Below, piece by piece: positions 12,345 through 25,780 of a stretch of 64,000 bases of DNA. Origin of the DNA: Lingula anatina (Eukaryota > Animalia > Brachiopoda); assembly GCA_051362555.1 (NCBI GenBank), contig CM120649.1:16258567-16322566 (forward strand), given 5' to 3'. The first letter of the stretch is position 1. Each line of letters starts with the position of its first letter. The notes under the pieces are model-generated. The model did no database searches, had not been told where the DNA came from, and saw nothing but the letters and a program-made list of their open reading frames with translations. The translations under genes were made by a program, and so were the position numbers.

Positions 12345-14543
12345 TCATGTACATTATTATTATTATTATTATTTTGCATGTGGTCCAACCATCATCTGCA
12401 CAGTATTATATTACAGTCTACATGTAGTTCAGTTTGGTCGTTCCATGACGTCATCTAGACTATAACCGCTTAAAAGCATAATTTGCCACTGGATGTACAG
12501 TGTATATAATCTCGCCGTGTTAGCAGTGTCATGTACTTTACTCGTATACAGACATTGACATGCTGAAATAAGATTCACAGTGACGCTTTGCGTTAATGAC
12601 AGCAAAAAATTTAAATGTAGTCTGAATGGATGTTTTATTTGAGGTTAAGAGTGATTTTGACCTGAAATGGGGGGGGGGGGGGGGGGGTACTGTATAGCTT
12701 AATGGGAATTGCAATGCCCTGTTGTGGAGGAGCCTTCATGCCTACTGTGTGACCTCTTAGGAGCCGTTAATGGACATTTTTTTTATTTGGATTTGCCTGA
12801 CTTTTGAAACTTTTCCTCGACAGATTTTAGCAAGCGTTTTATGTCATCTGTTTCACTGGTGCATGTGGCATACCATCCTAGCTGCTGACTCAATTCATAA
12901 TTCAATATTTCTCGTGTAAATATATTGCAATATTCTTATTCAAGTGTTTTCCCTTAAAACATGCACTTGTTTCTATTTTCACTTTATCTTTATACTCTCG
13001 ATATCAGCCCTATTATATTCTTTGGAAAGAATGGAAACAAGCCCTGACATTAAAAAAAGACATATATCAACATTTTTACGCTACTGTGTAGTGCTGTTTT
13101 GATGAAATTCTTATTTTATTATTTTTTTTATTTTATTATTTTTTTTTGTCAGTGTATTTCTTCTACATTTTTACACTATTTTCCAGATTGGCATGTATTA
13201 AATCACTAACATGGACATTGCTGGTCATCGTGGTATTTCTCGTCAGTCTGAAGTATGGGGGACAGTTGATATATAGATCTAAAAGCAGAATACATAAACC
13301 AGGTACGGTTTGAGACACACGCCTGTATTGCTAGTGCTATTGATGATCGTAAAAATCATAAACAAGCAGCGTTATTAAAATAATATATTAAACCTAACTG
13401 ATTAGTGTTGCAGCTGACTTAAAAAAGTGTTGCATCAAAAAATTTCTTTATATTGTCGTTTCTGTTACGAATAGAGTCTGTTCGTGACAGAATTATAATT
13501 ATGGTTTCTCTTTCATTTCACTAGCAAAAGAAACGTGTCGGAAAACGGTGAGAAGGGCAGAGAACGAGGGCTACTTTAAGATTGTTGGCTATAACTGGAC
13601 AATGACACCGTATTGCCCAGAATTTGGAGCTTGCTTATTAAACAAGGGCAGGGTGCCCGTTAAAACTGCAGTGCAGGCAGAATTTGAAGAGAGGATATCT
13701 TTGGAGGACGCAGTCACTGTGATAATAAAAACTGCCAATAGACTCGGAGTAACTAAGCGTCTGGTGGAAAGCATCTTTCAATTTTATGAAAATCTCAAAA
13801 TTATTGTAGTCGATGAGGCAAATCCAGATCTACTGAGTAGGAATGAAAGTTTTCGGAAAGAGTACGACGAATGGCGCCATTACACGTCGACGACACGCGG
13901 CAAGGTATATTACATACGAGTTCAGAAAGACGCTGGAATATCACACGGTAGAAATGTCGGCCTGTTTATTGTTCGAACCAAGTACTTCTTACTCTTGGAC
14001 GATGACATGATATTCGACAAGGAAACAAACATTCGAAAACTGAAGGAGCTTCTAGATCACACTAATTTAGTAGTTGTCGGGGGTTTCATTAGAGAAAACA
14101 GGATCAAGTTGGCTATCAATGGGATATTTCGCGTGCATGCCGACCAGTTTAACGTACTCAGGACATACATTAACGAGTATCAACTCATGGCGTATGAACG
14201 CGTAAGATGCTATCCGGAGTGCTACGTGGTTGACGCAATCTCGAACTTTTTCCTCGCGAGAACGGACGCCATTTTGGATGTTGGTGGGTGGGACGTTAAG
14301 TTACGCGTTGGTGAACACAGGGATTTCATGTTGACGCTAAGGAAAAATAATTACCCGGTTGCTGTGTGCACTGATGTCATTATTGAGCATTTCCCGCCAA
14401 ATTTAGACTTGAGAAAGAAAGCCCAAAAAGTTATAAAGGATGTGTACAAAGACATGTTTTTACACAAATGGAATATAAGTAACTCGTTTGCATGTAGGTC
14501 TATTAGGTCCAAGGCGTATTACGAGTACAGATGTAAGCCTTAA
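11854..14543 (+). CDS. Glycosyltransferase family 2, beta-1,4-N-acetylgalactosaminyltransferase (B4GALNT1/2)-like
   Basis: Exons 11854-11867 (MKRCR), 13187-13302 (TM 'WTLLVIVVFLVSL') and 13525-14543 are phase-consistent. Motifs 'VTVIIKTANR', 'IIVVDE', 'GISHGRN', 'TKYFLLLDDD' (DxD), 'NFFLART', 'GGWD..L..GEH.DF'. Confidence 0.88.
12272..12371. repeat. (ATT)n microsatellite
   Basis: Long TTA trinucleotide runs; they generate spurious poly-Y/I/L ORFs. Confidence 0.95.
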
Positions 14544-15174
14544 TTTGAATTGCCAGAATTAGCTCGCTGCTAATATACATGTACAGATGTTATGTATTAA
14601 TTTATATATTTTTTATAGAGTTGTGTCTTTATTTTAAGATGGGACAAAATTTATGTCACTCGTCAGATAAAATAAATTATCAAATATTCCAAAGCGTTTT
14701 AGTTTGGAAGATTTTCCTTTGCTAATAATTTTCTCTTGGTCTGAAAATAAACATTTTTTTTCTGGAATTCATTGCTTGATCTCTTTTTCATTCACTTATC
14801 TGAAACCTCTTTAAATTTTTATTTATTTATTTTCGACATGCCAGTAATCATTTCGCATAAATACAAAATACATTTAGACGAAAATAACATTTATATCACA
14901 ATACGAGCGTAAAAAGACCCAAACAATGAGTCTCTGGTCTTCGTCGATGAAAATCATATTCTCTTTGCTTCTCTTTACAAATGTGACTTCACACAATTTC
15001 TCTCTTGTTCCTCAGCCATCTTATCTCAAGATCCAACACTTTCTTCAAATTCCGAGTACCAAGGTGCATGCAAGTACACTGCTACAGTGTATAATGATAC
15101 ATGCAATATTTCAATGTTTTCACAGCAGTAGTCAGTGTACAAAATATATCTACAAGACGTTTCGTTACGTTTCG

Positions 15175-15889
15175 TCACTTTTTCTTTTTCTTCTTTCCCT
15201 TTTTGACTCCGAGTGGGTCTGACATGGACAGAATCTTCACAGGTGGCCGTGGTAGAGAGAACATGCGAGGAGTACTCGAGCCTATGATAGGCTTACTTCC
15301 ACTGCGGGTTGTCTTGGGTGAATAACCTCGGTCTGGGAGACCCGCGCTCATTGGACGAAGCTCTGGAGGGGGCGGGGATTCTGGGGGCAGGTCCGGTTCC
15401 TCTGCGCCCAGGATTTTGTCATGGTAGTCTCTCAGTTTCTTTTTCTTTGCAGCAGCTTTTGATTTTTCCATGCGTTCTTGTCTTTTTTGTTCTTTTACAC
15501 CCTGTGACAGTTTGCTGAAAAAATTAAAAGAGACGTTTGTAAACAATTCCCCTGAATTCAAGCTCAATAAAGATAAGGGATTCATGACGTCACGTATATG
15601 TACTGTACACTTACGTATTTCCAAGGGGTTACAACTGTTGTAACTTCTTGGTATTTTATATATTAACATTTTGGCGATGACACGACGACTGAAATTGAAA
15701 TCTATCCGCCCTTTCCAAGCTTAAACATCAAGGATAGTCTAATAGTTTGCCACTCTGTGGTATTATCATTACATCTTACCACTGATATATATATAAAAAA
15801 CTCCCAAAAGATGACTTGACAGGAATCATCATTTCAGCACGTTTAAAAGAAAGGGCTACATGCACAAACAAACATGCATGCATGACACG

Positions 15890-15930
<41 letters not shown>

Positions 15931-18900
15931 GCAGGGCCACGAAGCTCAGCACAAGAAAACAGAGGACTACATATATTTTGCCCGCAGAGGCGATTCAATC
16001 ACCATACTTACACAAAGTTCAGATTGCCCTCCTCTCCGAACTCTGACCCTGCCTTGTTCTCCATCAGGTTAATCACTTCCTGGAGTTCTCCACGTGTCAG
16101 GAACATCTCGTTTTTCTAAAAATTACAAGATAATATTGCACATGATGTATATTATATTATATTATATTATATTATATTATATTATATTATATTATATTAT
16201 ATTGTGATCACCAGAAACTTTTTGTAAATCTTTTTTATATTAAATATCATATTTTATGATTTATTTAAAACTTAAAGAGGGGTGGTACAATTATAAACAC
16301 TGAAATTTTAATTCTATAATTCTAAGAAAGACGCAAATGGCGTCATAATTTATTCTAAATTTTATTTTCTGCTTTAAAACTGAAAGACATAAATGTACAG
16401 TGTAAGTGACGAAATAATAAATATACTGAGAAGTGGACAGTGTCCAGGAAAAAAGAGTCCCTGAAGTCCTCAGTTCTAAGATTCGACACGTTACCTTCAT
16501 TTCATCTTTGAGTTTATTCTTGAAGCCACCGTGCCCCATCATAAACAGTCCCTCTTTGTCGAAATTCTTGAACATCTCCAGAGGCCGCAGCTTGTGTTTG
16601 GTCATCATCTCTATCACCTTCCGCATGGGGTCCACTGGTTTAGCTGTATAAGACAATTTTCTCCATTAATATTGTTGAAAAGAATTTGAAAGCAGTACTG
16701 CTTGCAGGAGGTTTGATGGAACGATGTTGGTACTAAACGCGTCACCTCCCCCCTCCCCCCGACTAAATATTCTTTTGCCTTGTGTCTTCAATAATGCTGA
16801 CCTTTGAATTCATTGTTGTGGTATGGCTTACAATCACGTCTTTGTTGTGTCTGCATGATTGAGCAGGCAATATTTTTATAATTCTTCGATATGCAAATGC
16901 TATCCTTTATTCAACCAACAGCAGACCTTTAAAAAGTAACCAAAAACAAACATCTGGTACAACATACCGAGTCTCTCCCCGAGAGGGTCAGGGAAGAGGA
17001 CAATGGCGCCGTGAATACACCTGAATCCTGGTCGACTTTGCTTCAGAGTAGAGGACATGAAGTCAAACTCTCCGATGACTGGCACGCCCTGCACAACAAA
17101 TTTGTATTTTTGTTAATTTAAAAAAAGGTAAAAAAATTCATATATATAAATATTTAGATAAAATAGGATCGTGAAATTTATAACAAGATGTAATCAAGTG
17201 TATTTTGTTTATCATAACATCTCACAAAATCGGTTAAGACATGTAACTAATCTAAATATTTGACCAAAGAATATTTTTAAATCAATGGTACACACGATGA
17301 CGTCATATACGCCATTCGATCCTGTGTGACGTCACAACGCACCTTCATGTCCAGCAGCGTTATGTTACATTTGTCCTTTGCGACGGCCTCCAGGATGTCC
17401 AAGGCACCCGTTGTACTGATAGGGTTCAGGCCAATCTGGATGAGAGAGACATAAATATCAGAAATTTTCGAATTTTCTTAAAAATGTGGGATCTGTTGAA
17501 CTCAAGGAGTACAAACGTGAACGTGTATTTTACACACGAACATTGTCATTCAAAAAAAAAAAAAAAAAAAAAAAACGAGATAGAGAGAAGGAGAGAGAGA
17601 GAAAAATATACATAATAATGTTAGATTTTTCTTTCCATCAACTTTCTTCATTTGCGATAAATAGGACTTGAATTGGAAAAGGAATGGGGTATATTGTGTT
17701 TTCATGCTTACGTCGCGATGGTCATTACTAGGTTTTTTAAAAGAACAGATGATAATGGTGGGAAAATGTATAACATTTTCCCAATCATTGCTAGAGGTGA
17801 AATTATAATTTTGCACAAAAAGGAACCAAGAATCGCGTCGGGGCGTCCAGTCCGTACTTGTTAGTCGTCAAGTACACACCAACCCCGTTTGTAAGTATAT
17901 ACATAAAATTCAAATGACATTCATGTGTATCTCCTTGTGGATTTTATACGAAAATATCTTATGTCATTTGTCTAGGTAGGTCCTGTCTCTAAAATTCTCC
18001 CACTTCTTTTAGCACACCTTTCCAAATTTCATTATAGAGCTTCAGCTGCTGTCCCGCCCACTTTCACCAAGCATTGCGTCACGGGCCGCTTAGCACATCT
18101 GACGCTTCATCTCTGCATATTGAGTTGGGTTGTTTTGAAACGTATCCTAAATACTAATCAGATTTTCTGTAGACTTAAACAGACAGGATAACCAATTTTA
18201 ATATATATCTCTACCGTACAAATCAAGCGTATTTTATTTTATTTTAACTTTTTTGATAAAACACAAAATTTACTATGCACCCCTCAAGTGGTCCTTTTAT
18301 GTGATTTTGCTATTCTACATTTGCATGAACAGAGGTCTACTCATCATTTTCTTTCAGACGCAGCGACCCGTGGCCAGTAAACAGCACATCCCAAAAACCA
18401 TGAGAAGCAGTGCTGAATAGGAAAGCACGTTATAAGTGATATACGGTCACTGCGCGGAACGAGCGATCGCGCTGTTTGGCCTACTTTACCAAGGGAACTT
18501 GGTGTTGGACAGGCGACCATATGGACTTTTATATATTGTATGTACATACTAAGGCTGTTTATACAAAATGGAGACCAAAACGAAGCTTTGCATAGGTGTT
18601 TTCCCCGTACTGTGCGCCGTAGCTTGGATCTACCTGCCGTTCACCCGTAATCCGAGCTTGGACCCGCCGTATACTTCTACAGAGGTTCATCTTAACACCG
18701 AAACAACTCCCAGCGGTGAAACGCCCTTGCCGAGGGGGCACATGCAGCGGTTTGGGCTCCACGTAGAAAAGGAGACGGAGATCGTTGAGCTCGACCACCT
18801 TCCGGACCCAGAAACGTTTTATAAAGACTATGTATATCCGTCTGTTCCCGTGATCGTGCGAGGCGGACTAAAACACTGGCCAGCCATGGAGAAGTGGAAG

Positions 18901-19167
18901 AATGAAGAGTACTTAAAGGAGAAGTTTGGTCATTGTCTGTATACCATTAGAAAAAAGGTTGTAGATGAACACCATCCAGCAGAAATGTTGATGTCCTTGG
19001 CGGACTTTCTTGAGTAAGGGCTGTGTGCCGATGTAGATGAAAGTTTTAACAGACAGCTAAGCATATTTAAAAAGAAAAAAAAAGTATAGTTCTGTAGTCA
19101 CTCACACTATATTTGTAAGCATTAAGATATCTCACAAACCTTTGATCATCATCATCATCATCACCAT

Positions 19168-19199
<32 letters not shown>

Positions 19200-20811
19200 T
19201 TATTGTTAGTTTACATAATTATTAACATATTTTAGTCCCATAACGTGCCACAATAGAACATATATTGTACATGCACATTAAGAAACATTAGGCCTCTCAG
19301 TGGAGCGCTCATCGTCCAAAAATGGCCAATTGTTCATTTCTGTGATAAAAAGCACGAAAATATCTATTGCATTTATTTAATATTTCAGTGCATATCGGAA
19401 AGAAAAACTCTATTTGACAGCATACATATGCCCCGAGATGACCCAAGACTTCTCCATGCCTAGCTGCATTGGCTGTGACGCCTATGTTAAGATGGTAGGA
19501 TTTTGTTAATACAGGAGTATATTACTCAATCGTTTTGCAATGATTGGACTTGTATGTTGTAGCGTAAAAAAATTGTAAAACAATTTTTTGTTGATATTTT
19601 CTATGCAAGGTGTTATTCATATTATTAGGAAAAAAAACACATGTAATAGAGTTAATGGTGTGATTTTATAAATCATAAGCATAAGCCCTGTGAGGTGGTT
19701 GCACGCGTGCGTCACTCGCAAGCTAGAATGGCCGTTCTCCGTAGCAGACGACGAGATACCATACATTTCATGCACTCTAGCTGAGCAACAGAAAAATTGA
19801 TTTTTTTTTCAACAGGTGATTTCACCCCTTTACATATCATGAAATTTTCATTTGAGCAGATATGTTGAGGTATAAACATAAAGGTTCCTTTCTTTAAAAA
19901 TGAATGTGTTGTTGTTGGCTGCGCCACGAAATATTGACGAAATTTTTCTTAGGGCTGTATGTTATTTCTCGACATCTGGTCTCGCCTTGCCGACCAATCG
20001 GGTCGAGAATAGTACATGTTCCTGACGTCCCGAACCATCCACATAAACGATAGTGTGTCTGCAAAGCAGCTTGGAAGCATACACATACATAAGTAGTAAC
20101 ACAATAATTGTGAAATAAGGCTTTTCTCCTCACCACCAAGCGTGTAATTGCATGTCATCGATCAACTGTTTGGACGACCGTAATTATAATCAGCACTGTC
20201 CTAGCATTTCTTAAGAGTACTCAAGATGAATGAATGTTTTTAGACACCCACAATTACTTGATCATCCTTCTTCTAATGATACGTATTATTAATGCAGCCC
20301 TTTATGTTAAGCATGCTCCGTTCATACACTCCCATTGTGTTATTAATATGTCTGGTGTGATGTCTCTGTCTTTCCGCCCAAGCAGAATCTCACGGTGTTT
20401 ATTCTATTTTTTTTTTTAGTCTTACCACAGAATTTTGCTAGTTTTTATATTTTGATTGTATGCTTGAGTTTACCATTACGAGAATCATTAAAAGTTATGG
20501 TAGCTTTACCTATTATATGAAGCTATGGAAGCACATAAACCTCCTCCAACACCTCAAATAAACTCAAATTACAATGTTATAATTATGATAGTTGATGATC
20601 GTGTGATCTCTTTTGCCAGATTCTCGACATGATTCTTTTCTTTAACACTGGATGGACCAACACAGAAGTTCACATCGACCCCTATGAGATTTTCTATACC
20701 CAAATAAGGGGCAAACGCCAATGGATTTTGACACCGCCCAGTGATGGAAAATACCTCCACACAGAAGAGTTCCCGTACCATGCAGGTATGAAATGAATTC
20801 TCTCTTTCTCT

Positions 20812-20851
<40 letters not shown>

Positions 20852-21595
20852 TCCCTCTCACACACACACACACGCACACACACACACACACACACGTACA
20901 GTCAGCCCATATCCCATACCAAGTACTAGTATATGAAAGACTATGCGACGAACTAAAATGTCAGCTTATTGACGTATGCTGTAACTCACTTAAAATAAGG
21001 CGGATGTGGAGAACAAAAAACACAGACTTGTTGTAAAGACATGTTACTTAGCACGGGTAACCATGCAGAACCCTGACTAACCTTGGCTGTAAATTTCACG
21101 TAGCCTTTATAAGTAAAAAGAGGGGTGCGGAGCTTTACACCATAAGGGTTTCAAATTTAGTTACAAAATTGAAAAAAATTGACTGCATCATGTAAAGCCT
21201 TGAAGTGGCCATGACATTAGATATTGTAAAGTGCAGCCTTGATATTTCATTACCCTTTCCACAGGTATGTGTCCCGCAGACGTCGATGCCGTAGACCTTA
21301 TCAAATATCCCAATATTTCGAAGGCCGCCATCTACAACGTCACAATAAACGAAGGAGACATGCTCTACGTCCCGGAGGCGTGGTTTCACCAGGTCCGCAC
21401 CACGGAGGGAGACACTAACATGGGGCTAGCTCTTTATCTGAATCACACTTCGTGTATCACCAGGTGCCCAGATACGGATGATATAGAGTTTTTAGAAAAC
21501 TGCATGGAAGCCAGGAAACAAACCCCAAAAGGTGGGTGATTCTGCTGGTGATCATTTGAAAGTGACTTGCTGTATTTGGCAGACAATTTGCACAC

Positions 21596-21666
<71 letters not shown>

Positions 21667-22307
21667 AAAGAAGGATCATTAATGAAGTGAAAAAATATTT
21701 AAACTCGTTAGATAAAAACCGTCAACTTCAGTTCAAATATTATGGGGAAAAACGTAAGTGAAGAGGACCGTTTGTGGTATGTAAGCCCTCTCATACCCAC
21801 TCTCAGTGACTCTTGGGCACGCCTAACAACTTATTTTTGATATATTTAAAGTTCATTAATTTCTTTTAAAAACCCGTCATTTATCAATATATTCCAGAGA
21901 TAACTTGCAACGAAAGAACTGACAACATTCCATACAGCGCAGTGGTGGAGAAGTACAAAGACATCTATCCCCGACTTCTGATTCATGAAGAAAAACAGAC
22001 AGAGATGAAAACATCGGTCACGACGCTGTTACAGAGTGGACATAGCAGTACGTGAACATATAAACTTACTGTTTTTGGTATACAAGAGCAAAGCAAAGAC
22101 GACTTGTTCAGGGTGGTAGGCTTCGGGAAGGGAGTTTAAAAATCATTTTTATGATGTCTTTATTAGATTTTATGCTTTCCTTTTCAATTATTAGAAGCCA
22201 TCTGTCTGTATTAGATTTTATGCTTTCCTTTTGCTTTCCTTGCTGTCGATCACTCGCTGTCCTTTCAGTCAGCGATTAGATGAGTACCACAGGAGGACTA
22301 AATAACC

Positions 22308-22364
<57 letters not shown>

Positions 22365-23831
22365 GCTGCCCTAAGTATTTTCACAGCCAGTGACTTTGAT
22401 GTTTTGTATGTTATCAACATATTGTGTAGATACATTTCATGTGCAGCCCTATTTTATCAGAAGATAGCAGACAATAATGTTGTAAACATCATAAGAAAGT
22501 CACTATTTCCTCGGTGTGGTCGCTTCTTTGTATGAGTGTACGTATGTGTGCACTTTTATCCCCATCAAACTCGTAGATTTGAGATTATCATGTATTTCCC
22601 CCAAAATGAGATGTTTAATTTTTATCTATTCCACAGTGCCGGTCCAGGGTTTAAGCCTCACGAGGCTAGGTAAAGAACAGTTAGGGACGACTGTACGGCA
22701 CGCCTTGCTGCTCGGATACAGGTAAGGCGGATAATTCATCACCTTTTGAAAATATGATTATCACCAAATGCCTTAAACTATCTCGTGTGCGTTAATTTAC
22801 TCTGCTTATATTTATGGATTTTTTTTACCCCAAACCAAGACATATAAAGGTGATATGTCCGCCGAAGACGGTTGCTTTACGTTCTAAATTTTATCCTGTA
22901 AAATGTTTTTTTATATTGATTGGTTTTTGTTTCATTTAAAAAATCTTTTTGACTTAGATTTTGTCATGTTTTTTCCAATCTCCAGACTTTTCCTCACGGA
23001 CCCAGACGACGACAGCGAAGACGCTTTGGGGTCAATTTTAGCTGATAACCAACACTGCAAACGTGAAGACGTTTTCGTAGTTGTCAAACTTGACTCCACT
23101 TTGGAAGGAGACGCCGTTAGAAAATCGATCAAAAGATCAATGGAGAGACTAAAGACAGACTACGTGGATTTGGTTCTTTTTCGAGCGCCGATATGTGACA
23201 AAGATCAGGAAGGATGTGAAGCGCGCCCAGGTGGTTGGGAAATATTAGAAGAACTTCACGACGCTGGAACTATTCGTTCTCTTGGGCTTAGCGGTTTTAA
23301 GATTTCACAAGTACAACGGCTGGTTGCTTCGGCCAAAATCCGGGTTTCAGTTGTCCACGCTAAGTTCGATATTACTTATCGCAACACGGAGTTGAGGGAT
23401 TTCTGCAACCAGCACGGCATGCGTTTCATGGCGCGCAACTTCTTCGGTCCCCAAAAATTAAAAGAACTCGTTCTGAGCAGTGAAATGATTAAAATTGCTG
23501 CGAGGCTGTTCCGCACAGACACATCTACGACAATAATCAGATGGGCCTTGAATAAAAACATTACTGTAATCACCCCAGCAACTGACCTTCGACAGATGGC
23601 TTTTAATAGGCGTGCGTTGTTTTTTGACGTAGCGCCAGGGTCTTACCTGGACGACTTGGATAATTTTCCTCATAAAGCGTGATGAACGCATATTAATTCA
23701 ATTATAACTCAGTGGCGGGTACCTATTTTTAACTATATGTGAATTATAATTCAGAAATGTATATATTGCATATAATTATTATACAGAATTAAATTTGTCG
23801 TTTATGTACAAGGAAATTAACTTGTTCGGCT

Positions 23832-23862
<31 letters not shown>

Positions 23863-25532
23863 GACGGTTCACCAGGTCATTCTGGCAGCCACTCACCCTG
23901 AGCGTCTCCAAGGTTTCGTTCTTCTTAATGCCGTTGGCCAGGAACTGCGCCCCGGCCCAGTTGATCCTGTTATTGGTGATATCCAGCTCTTTCATATACT
24001 TGTTCCGCTTCAGGGCTTGACCCAGAGCCAAAGCACCTTCGTAACCGAACCCATTCCACGAGAGATCCACGTGGGTCAGATTTTTGTTTGACTGAAGAAT
24101 GTAGAGATAAATACATTTTGTCAGTTTTATTAAGAAATTTGAGTATGCTTCATTTTTTACTTTATTCCAAATTATTCCATCTACCATTTATTATTTTATT
24201 TATATATTCAACATTCTTCTTATTAATTTTTTGAGTTAGTGTGCCGTGCGTGTACCACATTGAATTTCATTAACAGTCCCATTCATTTATTTGCTTTCAT
24301 CTACCACTTTTTCTTAATATTCAACATCTTTACCCCACCAAACCCACTCCTCTATATTTACTTATATCACTACCGTTACTTAATAAATGCATTTGATATC
24401 TTAACCCCTTCCCTCCTAGCCCGGTCAGTGTCACTAAAGCATTTGGATCAACAAGCAGTACGTGTAAGTCTACGTGTCCAACAGTTATATTACTGCGCCA
24501 TCTCACCTGTAACGCACGCGCAATAATAACAGCACCTTTTCTCCTGATATGATTCCAACTGAGGTTGAGCGTTTCTATTGAGCGATTTTCCACTGAAATA
24601 ACAAAAAGCATGACATGTATTTAAAGACGAAGTAAGTTAATCTACACTGTCAAATTTAAATGAATTTTGAAAAGTGGCTCTACTCCACAATGTTATAAAA
24701 CTTGTTAATTTTTAAGATGACGCGAGCGAATTTTACGCTATCAAACGTGACTAGCTCTTCCTAAAGCAATCCGACTGCCCTACCATATAGAATAAATGTT
24801 CTTTTAAGAAAATCTATTCACAAAAACCCGTGCTGCATACAAAGAATAGTATTCTATGTTTCAAGTCTTAATTTAAGTTTTAACTTAAAAAAAAATCAAA
24901 TCATAACTTACTGAGCGCTTTTCCAATATACTGAGCGCCGCCTTCCTCGAAGTCATTATGGCTGAGGTTTAAATGCGATATTCTAAAGTTTCCCTGAAAG
25001 ATTCAAAAAGAAATGTTTTGATGGAATTTCAGAAAAGATGCTTTCTGACAAAGGGTAGAAGATATAATTGCTTCGTGTTGTAATTGATAATTATTCCGTA
25101 TTTACCACACAAAAATTCAGAATGTCTCCATTTAACACTGCATCTATTTGCAACAAATAATAAAGTTCTTAGATTATATGTCAGTGATGTTGAAAAAACA
25201 ATATATGTTCTTTTGTGCTCTCTTTCGCTTTTATGATGACAATATCCCCACTATCTCCAATAGATGAAATGTATTTGAGATAAAAGGCATTTCCACAAAA
25301 AAGATATATTAACTTGCACAAAAACAACGTACTTTGACAACAGGCTAAATAATAAATGTATTGACATGCAATGCACCGCTTTGTCAGGACGTCATATATA
25401 AATTACAACGGAATATCTTCATTTGTATCGATTCATTCACGTTGGGTGGTCGTTGGGTGCTTAACAATTTACAATGCTTTGACTTTTTTCATCATATTTG
25501 CGTAGAAAGTGTTTGTGACAGAGAAAGTGTGC

Positions 25533-25611
<79 letters not shown>

Positions 25612-25724
25612 GCCCGTAGCCAGCAATTTCAAAAGGGAGAGTTATTTTACCCAGAGGGGACCTTTTCCCAGCAAAAAAGGGGGCTTCTTTCGAACCTCCC
25701 GAACCCCTTGGCTACGGGCCTGGC

Positions 25725-25780
<56 letters not shown>

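Noticed and set aside
12118-12465. Three overlapping ORFs with poly-Y/I/L
   Set aside because: Artefacts of the (ATT)n microsatellite in intron 1 of the GT2 gene.
19894-20158. Minus-strand exon-like stretch with an acceptor (ttgcag) inside the nested gene's intron
   Set aside because: No recognisable motif and not needed for either gene model; could be a TE fragment. An alternative LRRC74 terminal exon is unsupported.
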